A stretch of 55,160 bases of DNA from a virus, in the IMG/VR virus record IMGVR_UViG_3300012065_000001, positions 1 through 55,160 of that record; one strand, given 5' to 3'. How positions within the stretch are numbered: position 1 is the stretch's first letter; the number at the start of each line of letters is the position of its first letter. The position numbers and the translations under genes were made by a program. Under the pieces are notes generated by a model. It did not search any database. It was given only the letters and a program-made list of their open reading frames with translations, and was not told the origin of the DNA. Of the stretch, positions 17,434 through 26,077 are shown in pieces.

Positions 17434-17697
17434 GTGAAACTCACAAAAAATGGAGTAACCTATGATGTGATGGACGAAATCCAGATCAGCGCATTCCGAA
17501 AAAGCGGATACAGGCCTGTGAGCGAGACAGAACCGGAGCAGGGGGAAACCCTTGCTCCTGCTGTTTCGGAAGAATCCACGGATTACAACGACATGCCCGA
17601 TGAGCAACTTGCCGCCCTTGCCGCCGAAAGGCAAGTTGATGTTGATGGAAAGACGCGGCGGCAGGTTATTAATGCGCTTAAGAAAGCCGAGGTGTAG
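17434..17697 (+). CDS. Hypothetical protein with Rho-N/SAP-like C-terminal helix pair
   Basis: MPDEQLAALAAERQVDVDGKTRRQVINALKK. Confidence 0.55.
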   Translation: MKLTKNGVTYDVMDEIQISAFRKSGYRPVSETEPEQGETLAPAVSEESTDYNDMPDEQLAALAAERQVDVDGKTRRQVINALKKAEV

Positions 17698-17700
17698 ATT

Positions 17701-17865
17701 ATGGCCTTATCTGAGCTTTCAAAGTTACAGGTTATTCAGAAACGTCAAGAACAGACGGCAAAGAAGCTAAATCCTGAGCCCGAAAATGTACCTATAAAAA
17801 AGAAAAAATCAATTTTTGCGCCGGACGATGCGGAGGCGGTGACGGATGAAAAATATATTCCATAA
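17701..17865 (+). CDS. Small hypothetical protein (54 aa; below track cutoff)
   Basis: ATG 17701 directly after the upstream stop; open to TAA 17863-17865. Confidence 0.4.
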   Translation: MALSELSKLQVIQKRQEQTAKKLNPEPENVPIKKKKSIFAPDDAEAVTDEKYIP

Positions 17866-18151
17866 GCATAAAACCAAAGCCGAGTTAAAGCAAAAAATCT
17901 CACGGCTCGAAAATGAAAATGGCCGCCTAAAGCAAGAAATTGGAGTGTTAAATAAAAAACTGGACGGCGAAATAATCATGACCCATAGATGCGCCACTTG
18001 CGAAAATTGTGTTATACATCAGTGGCCTGGATGGAATTATGATGGCAGCATAACGCTAAATAGCCATACCAGTTGCAAACTTATTAATAAAAACGCTTGC
18101 AAGGATTATGTTTATAATTCAAGTCTCGACAAGGCGGGTGATTCAGGATGA
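17846..18151 (+). CDS. Hypothetical protein, coiled coil plus Cys-rich C-terminal half
   Basis: LENENGRLKQEIGVLNKKL followed by CATCENC..C..C. Confidence 0.5.
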   Translation: MKNIFHKHKTKAELKQKISRLENENGRLKQEIGVLNKKLDGEIIMTHRCATCENCVIHQWPGWNYDGSITLNSHTSCKLINKNACKDYVYNSSLDKAGDSG

Positions 18152-18495
18152 ACCTACTTGATACCGTCAAAACCCTGCTTGGCATTACGGACGATTTAAA
18201 GGATGCTATCTTGACATTATATATCGATATGACGGTGCAGCAAATCCTAAACTATACCAACCGCGCGGAATTACCCGATGGATTGATTTATGTCGCCGCG
18301 CAGACGGTAGTTGACATTTACGGCGAGGCCACAAACACAACCGGCACAACCGGCAAGGCTACAAGCATTTCCGAAGCAGGCCGGTCAGTATCGTTCGACA
18401 CGTCGCTGGCACAAAAGGCGGCAGAAAATAAGCTTGAAGAACGCAAAACTCAACTGAACAGTTTTCGATTGCCGTTCAGACTGACGGGAAGGTGA
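18148..18495 (+). CDS. Head-tail connector (gp6-like, Phage_connect_1)
   Basis: LLDTVKTLLGITDDLKDAILTLYIDMTVQQILNYTNR pattern. Confidence 0.8.
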   Translation: MNLLDTVKTLLGITDDLKDAILTLYIDMTVQQILNYTNRAELPDGLIYVAAQTVVDIYGEATNTTGTTGKATSISEAGRSVSFDTSLAQKAAENKLEERKTQLNSFRLPFRLTGR

Positions 18496-18499
18496 TTAT

Positions 18500-18895
18500 A
18501 TGGCAGGGTTCGATTTCGGGCAGATTGGTAGTATTATAGGGAATTACATGGATACTGATGAGATTGATATAGGCCGCAGCACGCTTATCACGCTTCCTGA
18601 TGGCAGCCCAACCGTTACCGACCCCAAAATTCCAATCTACACAAATGTAAAGTGCCACTTGTCTTTCAATTCGACCGATAACCCCGATCCGGTAAGCGTA
18701 GGCAGTGTCCCCATAATCATGAGCATCACAATTAACTGCCCGATTGGTGTGGATTTGCAGAATGCGGATTATATCATGGCGCGTAAACTTGCAGCAGATG
18801 GAACGGTGCTGGAAGAATATCAAGGTACGATAGGAGCACCCGCAACCAGTCAGAGTAGGCAATCGGCGGTGATGGAAATGCGACAGGCGGTGTGA
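18500..18895 (+). CDS. Putative head-closure / head-tail adaptor protein
   Basis: Position after the gp6-like connector; size 131 aa. Weak pattern only. Confidence 0.4.
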   Translation: MAGFDFGQIGSIIGNYMDTDEIDIGRSTLITLPDGSPTVTDPKIPIYTNVKCHLSFNSTDNPDPVSVGSVPIIMSITINCPIGVDLQNADYIMARKLAADGTVLEEYQGTIGAPATSQSRQSAVMEMRQAV

Positions 18896-18896
18896 T

Positions 18897-19871
18897 ATGC
18901 AAATAACACTATCAATCACAAATGATATGCAAATGAGTGTATTCAGACGGCAGGCAGGACATGACGGCGATCATAATTTCGTTCGCTTCAATGTTCAGAG
19001 GCCATCAATACTCAATGGCTATGTTTGCAGAGCAGAATTTTCGGCCGGCGCAACCAATGGGCATGAGTTGGTTGACAACGACACGTTTTTACTGCATTCC
19101 AGTTTCACAAAAGCGGGGGCCCTGCATATCCAGCTTGTCTATACGGATGCCAGCAAAGAAATAATAGCCAAAACAAACACCCTGCGCCTGACCATAGGTG
19201 GCAGCATAAACGCCGTTAACGAAGTTGACCCTGAATTTAAGGATAGCATATCCCAGCTTGCAGCCGACAGTGTTTCTTCCGGCTCCTATGAAAATAACAC
19301 TCTTACGCTGTACAACCGTTTAGGCGATACGCGATTTTCGGCTGAAATCGTAGGAGGCGGAGGGACCAGCAATGCTGTTTGGTTGCCTGCTGTTGACACG
19401 GCCGGATATATTTCCTGGGAGCGCAGCGAAACGGCTACTGCACCACAAATACGAAATATTATGGGGCCACTTGGTCTGACTGGTCCGCAGGGAAATAAAG
19501 GCGAAATCGGACCTGTTGGACCGCAAGGCGAAAAAGGGCCTCAAGGTGCTCAGGGCGAACAGGGACCCGTTGGACCTCAGGGTGCTGCCGGTCCGCAGGG
19601 TGAGCAAGGAGTACAGGGCGAACAGGGAGCGCAAGGACCTCAGGGACCTCAAGGACCGCAGGGTGAAAGCTTCGACCCTGCCGACATATTACGGATTGAT
19701 GCCTTAGAAACATCATTAGCCGCCACTCAAGCCGAAGCAACGGCCAAATGGATAATATTAAACGAGGTTGATAATAGGAGCAGAAACAACACAACAGATA
19801 TAACAATGTTGCAAAATACCATCGGTACGCTTAACGATGCATTGGCATCCAGATTGGCGGGTGAATCATAA
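18897..19871 (+). CDS. Collagen-like (GXY repeat) structural protein
   Basis: About 22 uninterrupted G-X-Y triplets (GPLGLTGPQGNKGEIGPVGPQG...GPQGPQGPQGE), flanked by non-repetitive N- and C-terminal domains. Confidence 0.85.
   Translation: MQITLSITNDMQMSVFRRQAGHDGDHNFVRFNVQRPSILNGYVCRAEFSAGATNGHELVDNDTFLLHSSFTKAGALHIQLVYTDASKEIIAKTNTLRLTIGGSINAVNEVDPEFKDSISQLAADSVSSGSYENNTLTLYNRLGDTRFSAEIVGGGGTSNAVWLPAVDTAGYISWERSETATAPQIRNIMGPLGLTGPQGNKGEIGPVGPQGEKGPQGAQGEQGPVGPQGAAGPQGEQGVQGEQGAQGPQGPQGPQGESFDPADILRIDALETSLAATQAEATAKWIILNEVDNRSRNNTTDITMLQNTIGTLNDALASRLAGES
19464..19666 (+). repeat. GXY-coding triplet repeat region
   Basis: GGN-CCN/CAR-GGN periodicity; produces spurious alternative-frame and antisense ORFs (19320..19652, 19459..19806, 19516..19707). 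Confidence 0.9.
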
Positions 19872-21019
19872 TGGACCCATTGTCAGAAAATATCACTCAG
19901 GCTATAGCGGATTTTGACAGCATACAGGATGCAATCATTGAAAAGGGCGTGAGCGTTCCGTACGGTACTCCTACAAGCGAATACGGGGATAAAATTAAAG
20001 CTATTGAAACAGGCGGGCGCGTTTCGCCCAAGGACGTGAATTTTTACGATTATGACGGAATGCTCCTGCATTCATGGTCACTTGCGGAGGCTCGGGCAGC
20101 AACCACGCTCCCTAACGGGTCGGTACATGACAGGCTTGTATTTCAGCAGTGGAATTGGTCGTTATCGGATATCAACGCTTTGATTATGCCAGCAGACGTA
20201 GGCGCAACATACACTACAGCAAGCGGAGCAAGTGAGTTTGATATTACGCTTACTATTGTTACGGGATCAGATGTTGCATTGCGGACGACAAATATCAGTG
20301 GCGCATTGACTGTCGATTGGGGTGACGGTGAGGTTACAACGTCAGATGCGGTTGGGCTTAATTCTTGGGCCCATAGTTACACTGAAACAGGTAACTACAT
20401 CATCAGTGTTGACAGCACGGGAACATATTTTCTATCTGGTACCAGCTCATCGCCATACAATATATTTCAAGTCTCACCGTCTTATATTTGCACAGCAGCG
20501 CGATTGGGCGATAGGTGTACCACTGTTGCGAATTACATGTTTCGTACTTGCCGTGGTTTAAAAACTATTACTGTACCATCTAGCATAACAGACATCGGTT
20601 CCTATCCATTTTATGAATGTTATGGGTTAACGGGCGTTGTTCTGCCATCAAGTTTGAGAAGTCTTCTTAACGTTAACTATCTTTGCTACTCTCTCTATAC
20701 AGCGAAAAAGATTGTCTTGCCAAATACCATAACAAGCATGCCGCTTGCTGCGCTTCGCTATGCATATAACTTAACAAGTATCACTGTGCCTTCCGGTATA
20801 ACTAGCATTGCCACTTATGTATTTGCTGATTGCCATAATGTTGTTGAATATATGTTTCACGGAAGTACACCGCCCACACTTAGTAACATAAATGCGTTTA
20901 GTAATATTAATGCTTTATGCAAAATAAAAGTCCCGCGGGGCTCACTCGAAGCATACCAAGCAGCTACAAACTGGGCGACCTACGCAGATTATATGGTTGA
21001 ATGGGGGTCAGGCACATGA
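19871..21019 (+). CDS. BspA-type leucine-rich-repeat (LRR_5) protein
   Basis: Repeated ..F..C..L..I.(L/V)P.S(I/L)T.I... units (TVANYMFRTCRGLKTITVPSSITDIGSYPFYECYGLTGVVLPSSL...). Confidence 0.75.
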   Translation: MDPLSENITQAIADFDSIQDAIIEKGVSVPYGTPTSEYGDKIKAIETGGRVSPKDVNFYDYDGMLLHSWSLAEARAATTLPNGSVHDRLVFQQWNWSLSDINALIMPADVGATYTTASGASEFDITLTIVTGSDVALRTTNISGALTVDWGDGEVTTSDAVGLNSWAHSYTETGNYIISVDSTGTYFLSGTSSSPYNIFQVSPSYICTAARLGDRCTTVANYMFRTCRGLKTITVPSSITDIGSYPFYECYGLTGVVLPSSLRSLLNVNYLCYSLYTAKKIVLPNTITSMPLAALRYAYNLTSITVPSGITSIATYVFADCHNVVEYMFHGSTPPTLSNINAFSNINALCKIKVPRGSLEAYQAATNWATYADYMVEWGSGT

Positions 21020-21195
21020 TTAAAACAGAAACAATCACTATCAACGGCACCAACTACCAACGCACATATTCAGACGCCAACCTTGTAATTGAGCGAGACG
21101 GTGCGCGATACGAGGAAGCTATCGATCCAATTGGCAGCGGGCGTGAATACACAGAAACGGGAGCGTTAATAGATGCGGAGGGATTAGATGCCTGA
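21016..21195 (+). CDS. Hypothetical protein (59 aa)
   Basis: ATG 21016 overlaps the upstream stop. Confidence 0.45.
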   Translation: MIKTETITINGTNYQRTYSDANLVIERDGARYEEAIDPIGSGREYTETGALIDAEGLDA

Positions 21196-21649
21196 CCCAT
21201 ACGAACTAATTGCTACGTCCGTGACATCGGCCCTCGGCATACGGTTGCGTGAGATATTTCCGGACATTACATGGTATAGGGAGACGATACCGGCACAGTT
21301 TCTTGTATACCCTCATTTTTTTGTAACGCAACTCAGCGTGAATGCTACCTATGAACGCAGGAATTATCGCATAATTGATTATCTTGCCACAATAAGATAC
21401 CGTGAGGTCGCTGACCCATCATCAATAACGGGAAGCCTACAAGAACGACTTGACGATACTGGCATAAAATTATTGTCGGAATTGGAGTCTATAACGTGGG
21501 GAGATATGCCCGTAACTCTAAGAGACCGATACACAGAAAAGGTCGAGGGGGTACTGCATTTTTTTTGTAATGTATCTGTTATGGCCAAAAAACCAATAGA
21601 ACTAGGTCCGCTACAAGAACAACTTTCAACGAGCATCAATCGGAGATAA
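21188..21649 (+). CDS. Putative tail-completion / terminator protein
   Basis: SD GGAGGGA; last structural ORF before the sheath module. Assignment by position only. Confidence 0.4.
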   Translation: MPDPYELIATSVTSALGIRLREIFPDITWYRETIPAQFLVYPHFFVTQLSVNATYERRNYRIIDYLATIRYREVADPSSITGSLQERLDDTGIKLLSELESITWGDMPVTLRDRYTEKVEGVLHFFCNVSVMAKKPIELGPLQEQLSTSINRR

Positions 21650-21652
21650 AGC

Positions 21653-21681
21653 TTGTATCTATGCGGTTTTCATGCTATAAT
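21653..21681 (+). promoter_or_regulatory. Promoter of the HNH-AP2 cassette
   Basis: TTGTAT - 17 nt - (TGc)TATAAT. Confidence 0.6.
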
Positions 21682-21779
21682 ATTTATGTGGGATAGGGTC
21701 GCTCCCGACAAGGCGGTTATCCGTACCGCCTTCCCCTAGATTATAAAAACGGACGAATACTGACGGAGGTATTTTTGTT

Positions 21780-22430
21780 ATGCGTAAAATTGATAGGACA
21801 GGCGAAATCGGGATAATGTTCAACGGATTACGAGCGACTATTATAGAATATCGCCATTGTGATGATATTGATGTACGGTTTGAGAATGGAGAGTACGTTT
21901 CAAACAGGAGATATCAAGAATTTAAGCGCGGCAGCATAAGATGCCCATTGATCGTTAAATCCATTGAAGATTATGCACAAGTGACGAACGTGAATATCAA
22001 TCCTGCGGTTTCATTTTTAATGGATGCCGAAGACTTACCGTTATTGGGAAACAATTATTGGTGCAAGGAAGCTAGCGGATGTATTTCGCATGGGGCTCCA
22101 TGCACAAAGCTGCATCGAATCATAATGCGAGCCAAGCCGGATGAGGTTGTAGATCATATCAATCATGACCCAACGGATAACCGAAAGCAGAATTTACGGT
22201 TATGCAAGCAAGCTAATAATACTTGCAATCAGCAAATACGTAGCGATAATACAAGCGGATATAAAGGAGTTGGTTGGCGTAAAGACATGCAGAAATGGGG
22301 CGCTCATATAGGCTTTGAAAGAAAGCCGATTCACTTAGGTTATTTTGATACACCAGAAGAAGCCGCTATCGCATACAACGCCGCTGCTATGAAGTATCAT
22401 GGCGAATATGCACACTTGAACGAAATCTAA
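21780..22430 (+). CDS. HNH-AP2 homing endonuclease
   Basis: HRIIM...VDHINHDPTDNRKQNLRLC (HNH), then SGYKGVGWRKDMQKWGAHIGFERKPIHLGYFDTPEEAAIAYNAAAMKYHGEYA (AP2 domain). Confidence 0.85.
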   Translation: MRKIDRTGEIGIMFNGLRATIIEYRHCDDIDVRFENGEYVSNRRYQEFKRGSIRCPLIVKSIEDYAQVTNVNINPAVSFLMDAEDLPLLGNNYWCKEASGCISHGAPCTKLHRIIMRAKPDEVVDHINHDPTDNRKQNLRLCKQANNTCNQQIRSDNTSGYKGVGWRKDMQKWGAHIGFERKPIHLGYFDTPEEAAIAYNAAAMKYHGEYAHLNEI

Positions 22431-22448
22431 AACACAATTCAACAGTTA

Positions 22449-22480
22449 AGCATCTGTCGCATTTGACAGGTGCTTTTATT
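22449..22480 (+). terminator. Intrinsic terminator
   Basis: 10-bp stem AGCATCTGTC/GACAGGTGCT plus TTTTATT. Confidence 0.8.
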
Positions 22481-22500
22481 ATGCAGAATCTTAAGGAGGA

Positions 22501-22689
22501 ATGAGTTTGGCGACATTAACAGGGCATGTATCCATTACGGATACAGACTTATTTAGAGACATTATATCCTTGCTTAAGGATTTATCAGAACAAGATGAAA
22601 CAATTTTGCGGCGATTGGACGAAATATTGTCTAAACACGGCAGAACAGATAAGGAGGAAGAATATGGCACAATGGACCAGTCAGAATAA
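22501..22689 (+). CDS. Hypothetical protein (62 aa)
   Basis: ATG directly after AAGGAGGA; acidic. Confidence 0.5.
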   Translation: MSLATLTGHVSITDTDLFRDIISLLKDLSEQDETILRRLDEILSKHGRTDKEEEYGTMDQSE

Positions 22690-23989
22690 AATCCGTCCCG
22701 GCACATATATCAATTTCACCGCTATAGCCCAGCCAGCAATGACCATAGGCGACCGCGGTATATCAACCATGGCCATACCGTTAAATTGGGGGCCTGAGGA
22801 TGAATTGATAGATGTATATAGTACGGATATGACCGGCGGCAGCAGCCTTGCCAAAGTAGGCGTAACGGCAGCTGACGCAGATGCAAAATTGCTTACGCTT
22901 ATGCTATCCGGTTGCTATTTAGCGAAAATTTACAGGTTGAATTCCGGAGGCTCAAAGGCCACGGCAACAAGCGGCGGCTTAACTATAACGGCAAAATACA
23001 CGGGCACGAAAGGCAATTCGATTACCGTTTCTGTCGTGGAAAATAATCTACTATTTACGGTTGACACTTACGTCGATGGGACCAGAAAACACACTCAAAC
23101 AGTTTCGGAAATATCCGAGCTTGAAAGCAACGCTTTTGTTGATTTTAGTGGAAGCGGAAGCTTGATCGCCAACGCTGGAATCACCCTGACCGGCGGCTCA
23201 AACGGCGCGGTTAACTTAGCAACGGCATACCCGGCATACCTAGCATTGGCGCGCAAAGCCCACTGGCAGACAATGGCACTTACCCAGGGCAATGACACCT
23301 TTGCCTCACAATTCGCTCAGTTTGCGGATGAGATGCGAAATAACGAGGGTAGATATGTACAGGTTGCAGTCGCCAATTATGACAGCGCGGACTCAATAAG
23401 CGTAATAAATAGCGATTGCGGTGTTGTATTAGCCGACGGAACCACGGTAACAGCCGAAGAAGCCACTGCATGGGTTGCCGGGATCACGGCGGGAGCGGCG
23501 ATAGCGGAGTCTAACGGCTCAAAAGCATTTCCGAACGCAGTACGAATACTCAGTGAACGCACTCATACGGAGATTGAGGAAGCGCTTACCGCTGGAAAGT
23601 TTATCCTATCAACGAATATGCGCGGAACCATAAAGGTCGAGGACGACATAAACAGCCTGCATACCATCACATCAAACGAGAGCAGGAGCTGGCGACTTAA
23701 TCAGGTTGTTCGCGTCATGGATGAAATCGGAACATCCATAAGAGACACTTGGGAGCAGTCCTATCAGCATAAAGTACAGAATAATTCGCAGGGCCGCTTG
23801 ATGTACAGAGCGGATATTATCAGCTACATGAACAGATTGCAGAACCAAGGAGCAATAGATAACTTTTTAGGCGCGGAGGAAGTCAGCGTTGAAAAAGGCG
23901 AGGAGGCCGACGCTGTTGTCGCTGGTTTGTATGCGCAACCTATAGCCGCAATGAGCAAATTATACATGACTGTCACCGTGACGGCATAA
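22664..23989 (+). CDS. Tail sheath protein (XkdK-like)
   Basis: Start at ATG 22664 after AAGGAGGAAGAAT; MAQWTSQNKIRPGTYINF.. N-terminus typical of sheath proteins; 441 aa; followed by the tube gene. Confidence 0.85.
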   Translation: MAQWTSQNKIRPGTYINFTAIAQPAMTIGDRGISTMAIPLNWGPEDELIDVYSTDMTGGSSLAKVGVTAADADAKLLTLMLSGCYLAKIYRLNSGGSKATATSGGLTITAKYTGTKGNSITVSVVENNLLFTVDTYVDGTRKHTQTVSEISELESNAFVDFSGSGSLIANAGITLTGGSNGAVNLATAYPAYLALARKAHWQTMALTQGNDTFASQFAQFADEMRNNEGRYVQVAVANYDSADSISVINSDCGVVLADGTTVTAEEATAWVAGITAGAAIAESNGSKAFPNAVRILSERTHTEIEEALTAGKFILSTNMRGTIKVEDDINSLHTITSNESRSWRLNQVVRVMDEIGTSIRDTWEQSYQHKVQNNSQGRLMYRADIISYMNRLQNQGAIDNFLGAEEVSVEKGEEADAVVAGLYAQPIAAMSKLYMTVTVTA

Positions 23990-24001
23990 GGAGGGATATA
24001 G

Positions 24002-24460
24002 ATGCCATTACTATATGATCAAGTACCGATTAGCGGACACGAGGGAACGGTCCAATTAAATATCAACGGAAGTGTTAGAGAATGGATTACCTTAAAAAGC
24101 TTTGCTGCCACAATTGACATTATAAATGATGAATACCGCGTTATGGGTGGTAATGGAGCAACAAGATATAAATATACTGGGTGGAGTGGTTCTGGTGAAA
24201 TTACATATCACTACATGGATAGCACTGTTACGAAAATCGTTTTGGGATTCATTAAGAGCGGAAAATACCCAGATATTACAATGGTAGTCACCAATGACGA
24301 CCCCGCAAGCTCAGCCGGGAATCAAAGCATTAGCTTAATGCATGTAATGTTCCCCACGGTTGAAATCGCAAAACTGGACGTGAGCACAAGCATGTTAGAG
24401 GGCTCCACGTCTTTTACATTTAGTGATGTTGAAGATCTGGAACTATTTTCGGATTTATAA
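24002..24460 (+). CDS. Tail tube protein (XkdM-like)
   Basis: 152 aa directly after the sheath gene; SD AAGGAGGGA. Confidence 0.8.
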   Translation: MPLLYDQVPISGHEGTVQLNINGSVREWITLKSFAATIDIINDEYRVMGGNGATRYKYTGWSGSGEITYHYMDSTVTKIVLGFIKSGKYPDITMVVTNDDPASSAGNQSISLMHVMFPTVEIAKLDVSTSMLEGSTSFTFSDVEDLELFSDL

Positions 24461-24476
24461 ATAACAGGAGGTAAGT

Positions 24477-24872
24477 ATGAGCGATTTATTAGATTTTTTG
24501 GCCGAAAGAGATTTCTCCGATTTAACGGAAGAGGTTAGCGTTTCAAGCAAGATACCTTATAAATTTAAGATTAAGGCGCTCACAAAGGCAAAAAGAGCGG
24601 AATTTCAAAATCGTTGCAGGGTAAAGACTAAAAGGGGCGGAACAGATATAAATTATGCGGAATTTCAAACTCTGGTATGTCTTGAATGCTGCGTATATCC
24701 CGATTTTCACGATAAGGAGTTTATTGATAGGCTGGGCGCAAAAACCCCCGCACAGGCTTATAACAAGGTCCTGCTTCCTGGGGAAGACGATGAGCTATAT
24801 TCTCAAATTATCAAATTGAGTGGTTTTGAGGACGAAGACATTAACGCAGACATCGAAGAAGCCCAGGACTGA
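24477..24872 (+). CDS. Tail assembly chaperone (XkdN-like)
   Basis: PYKFKIKALTKAKRAEFQNRC.. pattern; positioned between tube and tape measure. Confidence 0.75.
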   Translation: MSDLLDFLAERDFSDLTEEVSVSSKIPYKFKIKALTKAKRAEFQNRCRVKTKRGGTDINYAEFQTLVCLECCVYPDFHDKEFIDRLGAKTPAQAYNKVLLPGEDDELYSQIIKLSGFEDEDINADIEEAQD

Positions 24873-25069
24873 TAAGCGAAGACGGAGAAGCGGCGGCCTG
24901 TGCTTACGCAGTATTGAACTTGAATTACAGGCCGTCCGAATTCGCTAACCTTCCGCAAAAAGAAAAGGCGTTTGTAATTGCGTGCATCAACAAAAAGATT
25001 GACGCAGAGCAGAAACATAAAAGAGAAATGGAAGTCCGGTCCGCTAAAGCAAAGAGTAGGAGGCGATAA
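24845..25069 (+). CDS. Start-less -1-frame ORF downstream of chaperone (gpGT-type frameshift extension or XkzB-like gene)
   Basis: The -1 frame is open from 24845 to TAA 25067-25069 and overlaps the chaperone stop. It has no ATG/GTG near its 5' end and encodes ..AYAVLNLNYRPSEFANLPQKEKAFVIACINKK.. Confidence 0.5.
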   Translation, partial: RRHRRSPGLISEDGEAAACAYAVLNLNYRPSEFANLPQKEKAFVIACINKKIDAEQKHKREMEVRSAKAKSRRR

Positions 25070-25123
25070 ATCAAGTAATTGGCCTACAGGCTTTTACTGG
25101 CACAAGACGGTGTGTGCAACCAT

Positions 25124-25157
25124 AGAGCGGGCCTTAAACCTTTCCCGCTCTTTTCTT
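25124..25157 (+). terminator. Intrinsic terminator
   Basis: AGAGCGGG/CCCGCTCT 8-bp stem plus TTTTCTT. Confidence 0.65.
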
Positions 25158-25180
25158 ATGCTCAAAAAGGGGTTGATAGT

Positions 25181-26011
25181 ATGTTAAAAGAGGTTGGCGC
25201 TATGGAAGGCAATAATTATAAGGTTTACATGCACACTTCTCCAAGCGGAAAGCGATATGTAGGAATTACGTGTCAGAAAATAAACCAGCGCTGGAGTAAC
25301 GGCGCAGGATATAAGGGTAGCGTCCTCTTTTATAGTGCCATTAAAAAATACGGATGGAACAATATATCGCACGAAATATTGCATGATGGCCTATCTGAGG
25401 ATGAAGCTAAAACAAAAGAAGTTGAGCTTATCGCACTATATCAAAGCAATGATCGCCGATATGGTTATAATTTAACCGCTGGCGGGGATGGAAGCGTCGG
25501 ATGCATTCCGTCAGAAGAAACAAAAAGAAAGATGAGCGTGGCGCATAAGGGAATATTCTCCGGAGAAAAACATCCGTTATTCGGCAAGGCGGGTAAGGAT
25601 AGTACATTTTATGGCAAAAGGCACTCAGCAGAATCCAAACAAAAGATGCGCGAAGCTTCTATAGGCAATAAAAATTGTTTGGGCAGAAAACTCTCAGAAG
25701 AAACTCGCCACAAGATAAGCGAATCTGCAAAGTCGAGAATCGGAGAGAAGAATTCATTTTATGGGAAAACTCATTCGAAAGAAACATGCCATAAACTGAG
25801 TGAATTATCCAAAGTTCAATGCAAGGGGGAGAGCAACCCAAACTCCAAGATGGTTGTTCAATTAGATTTGCAAGGAAACTTCATAAGACAATGGGATTAT
25901 GCGGCAAAGGCACATGAAGAATTAGGGATCAATCGAAGTTGCATTTCAATGTGTTGTACCGGCAAACGAAAAACAGCTGGCGGTTACAAATGGAAGCTTT
26001 CAAGTGCATAG
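25181..26011 (+). CDS. GIY-YIG homing endonuclease with NUMOD3 repeats
   Basis: YKVYMHTSPSGKRYVGIT..(GIY-YIG)..YGYNLTAGG; three to four G(K/R)xHSxE(S/T)KxK(M/I)S NUMOD3-like units. ATG 25181 or 25202. Confidence 0.85.
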   Translation: MLKEVGAMEGNNYKVYMHTSPSGKRYVGITCQKINQRWSNGAGYKGSVLFYSAIKKYGWNNISHEILHDGLSEDEAKTKEVELIALYQSNDRRYGYNLTAGGDGSVGCIPSEETKRKMSVAHKGIFSGEKHPLFGKAGKDSTFYGKRHSAESKQKMREASIGNKNCLGRKLSEETRHKISESAKSRIGEKNSFYGKTHSKETCHKLSELSKVQCKGESNPNSKMVVQLDLQGNFIRQWDYAAKAHEELGINRSCISMCCTGKRKTAGGYKWKLSSA

Positions 26012-26077
26012 ATAGGGGGTGGGCTTACGGCCACGATCAATTCGACGCTTCGTCTAACGGATCAAATTAGTCGTCCG

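Noticed and set aside
25070-26030. A group I intron carrying the GIY-YIG ORF and interrupting the tape measure gene
   Set aside because: Only about 110 nt plus 15 nt of non-ORF sequence flank the endonuclease gene, too little for a P3-P9 core. No upstream tape-measure exon with a start codon could be found. A terminator precedes the ORF, so it looks free-standing.
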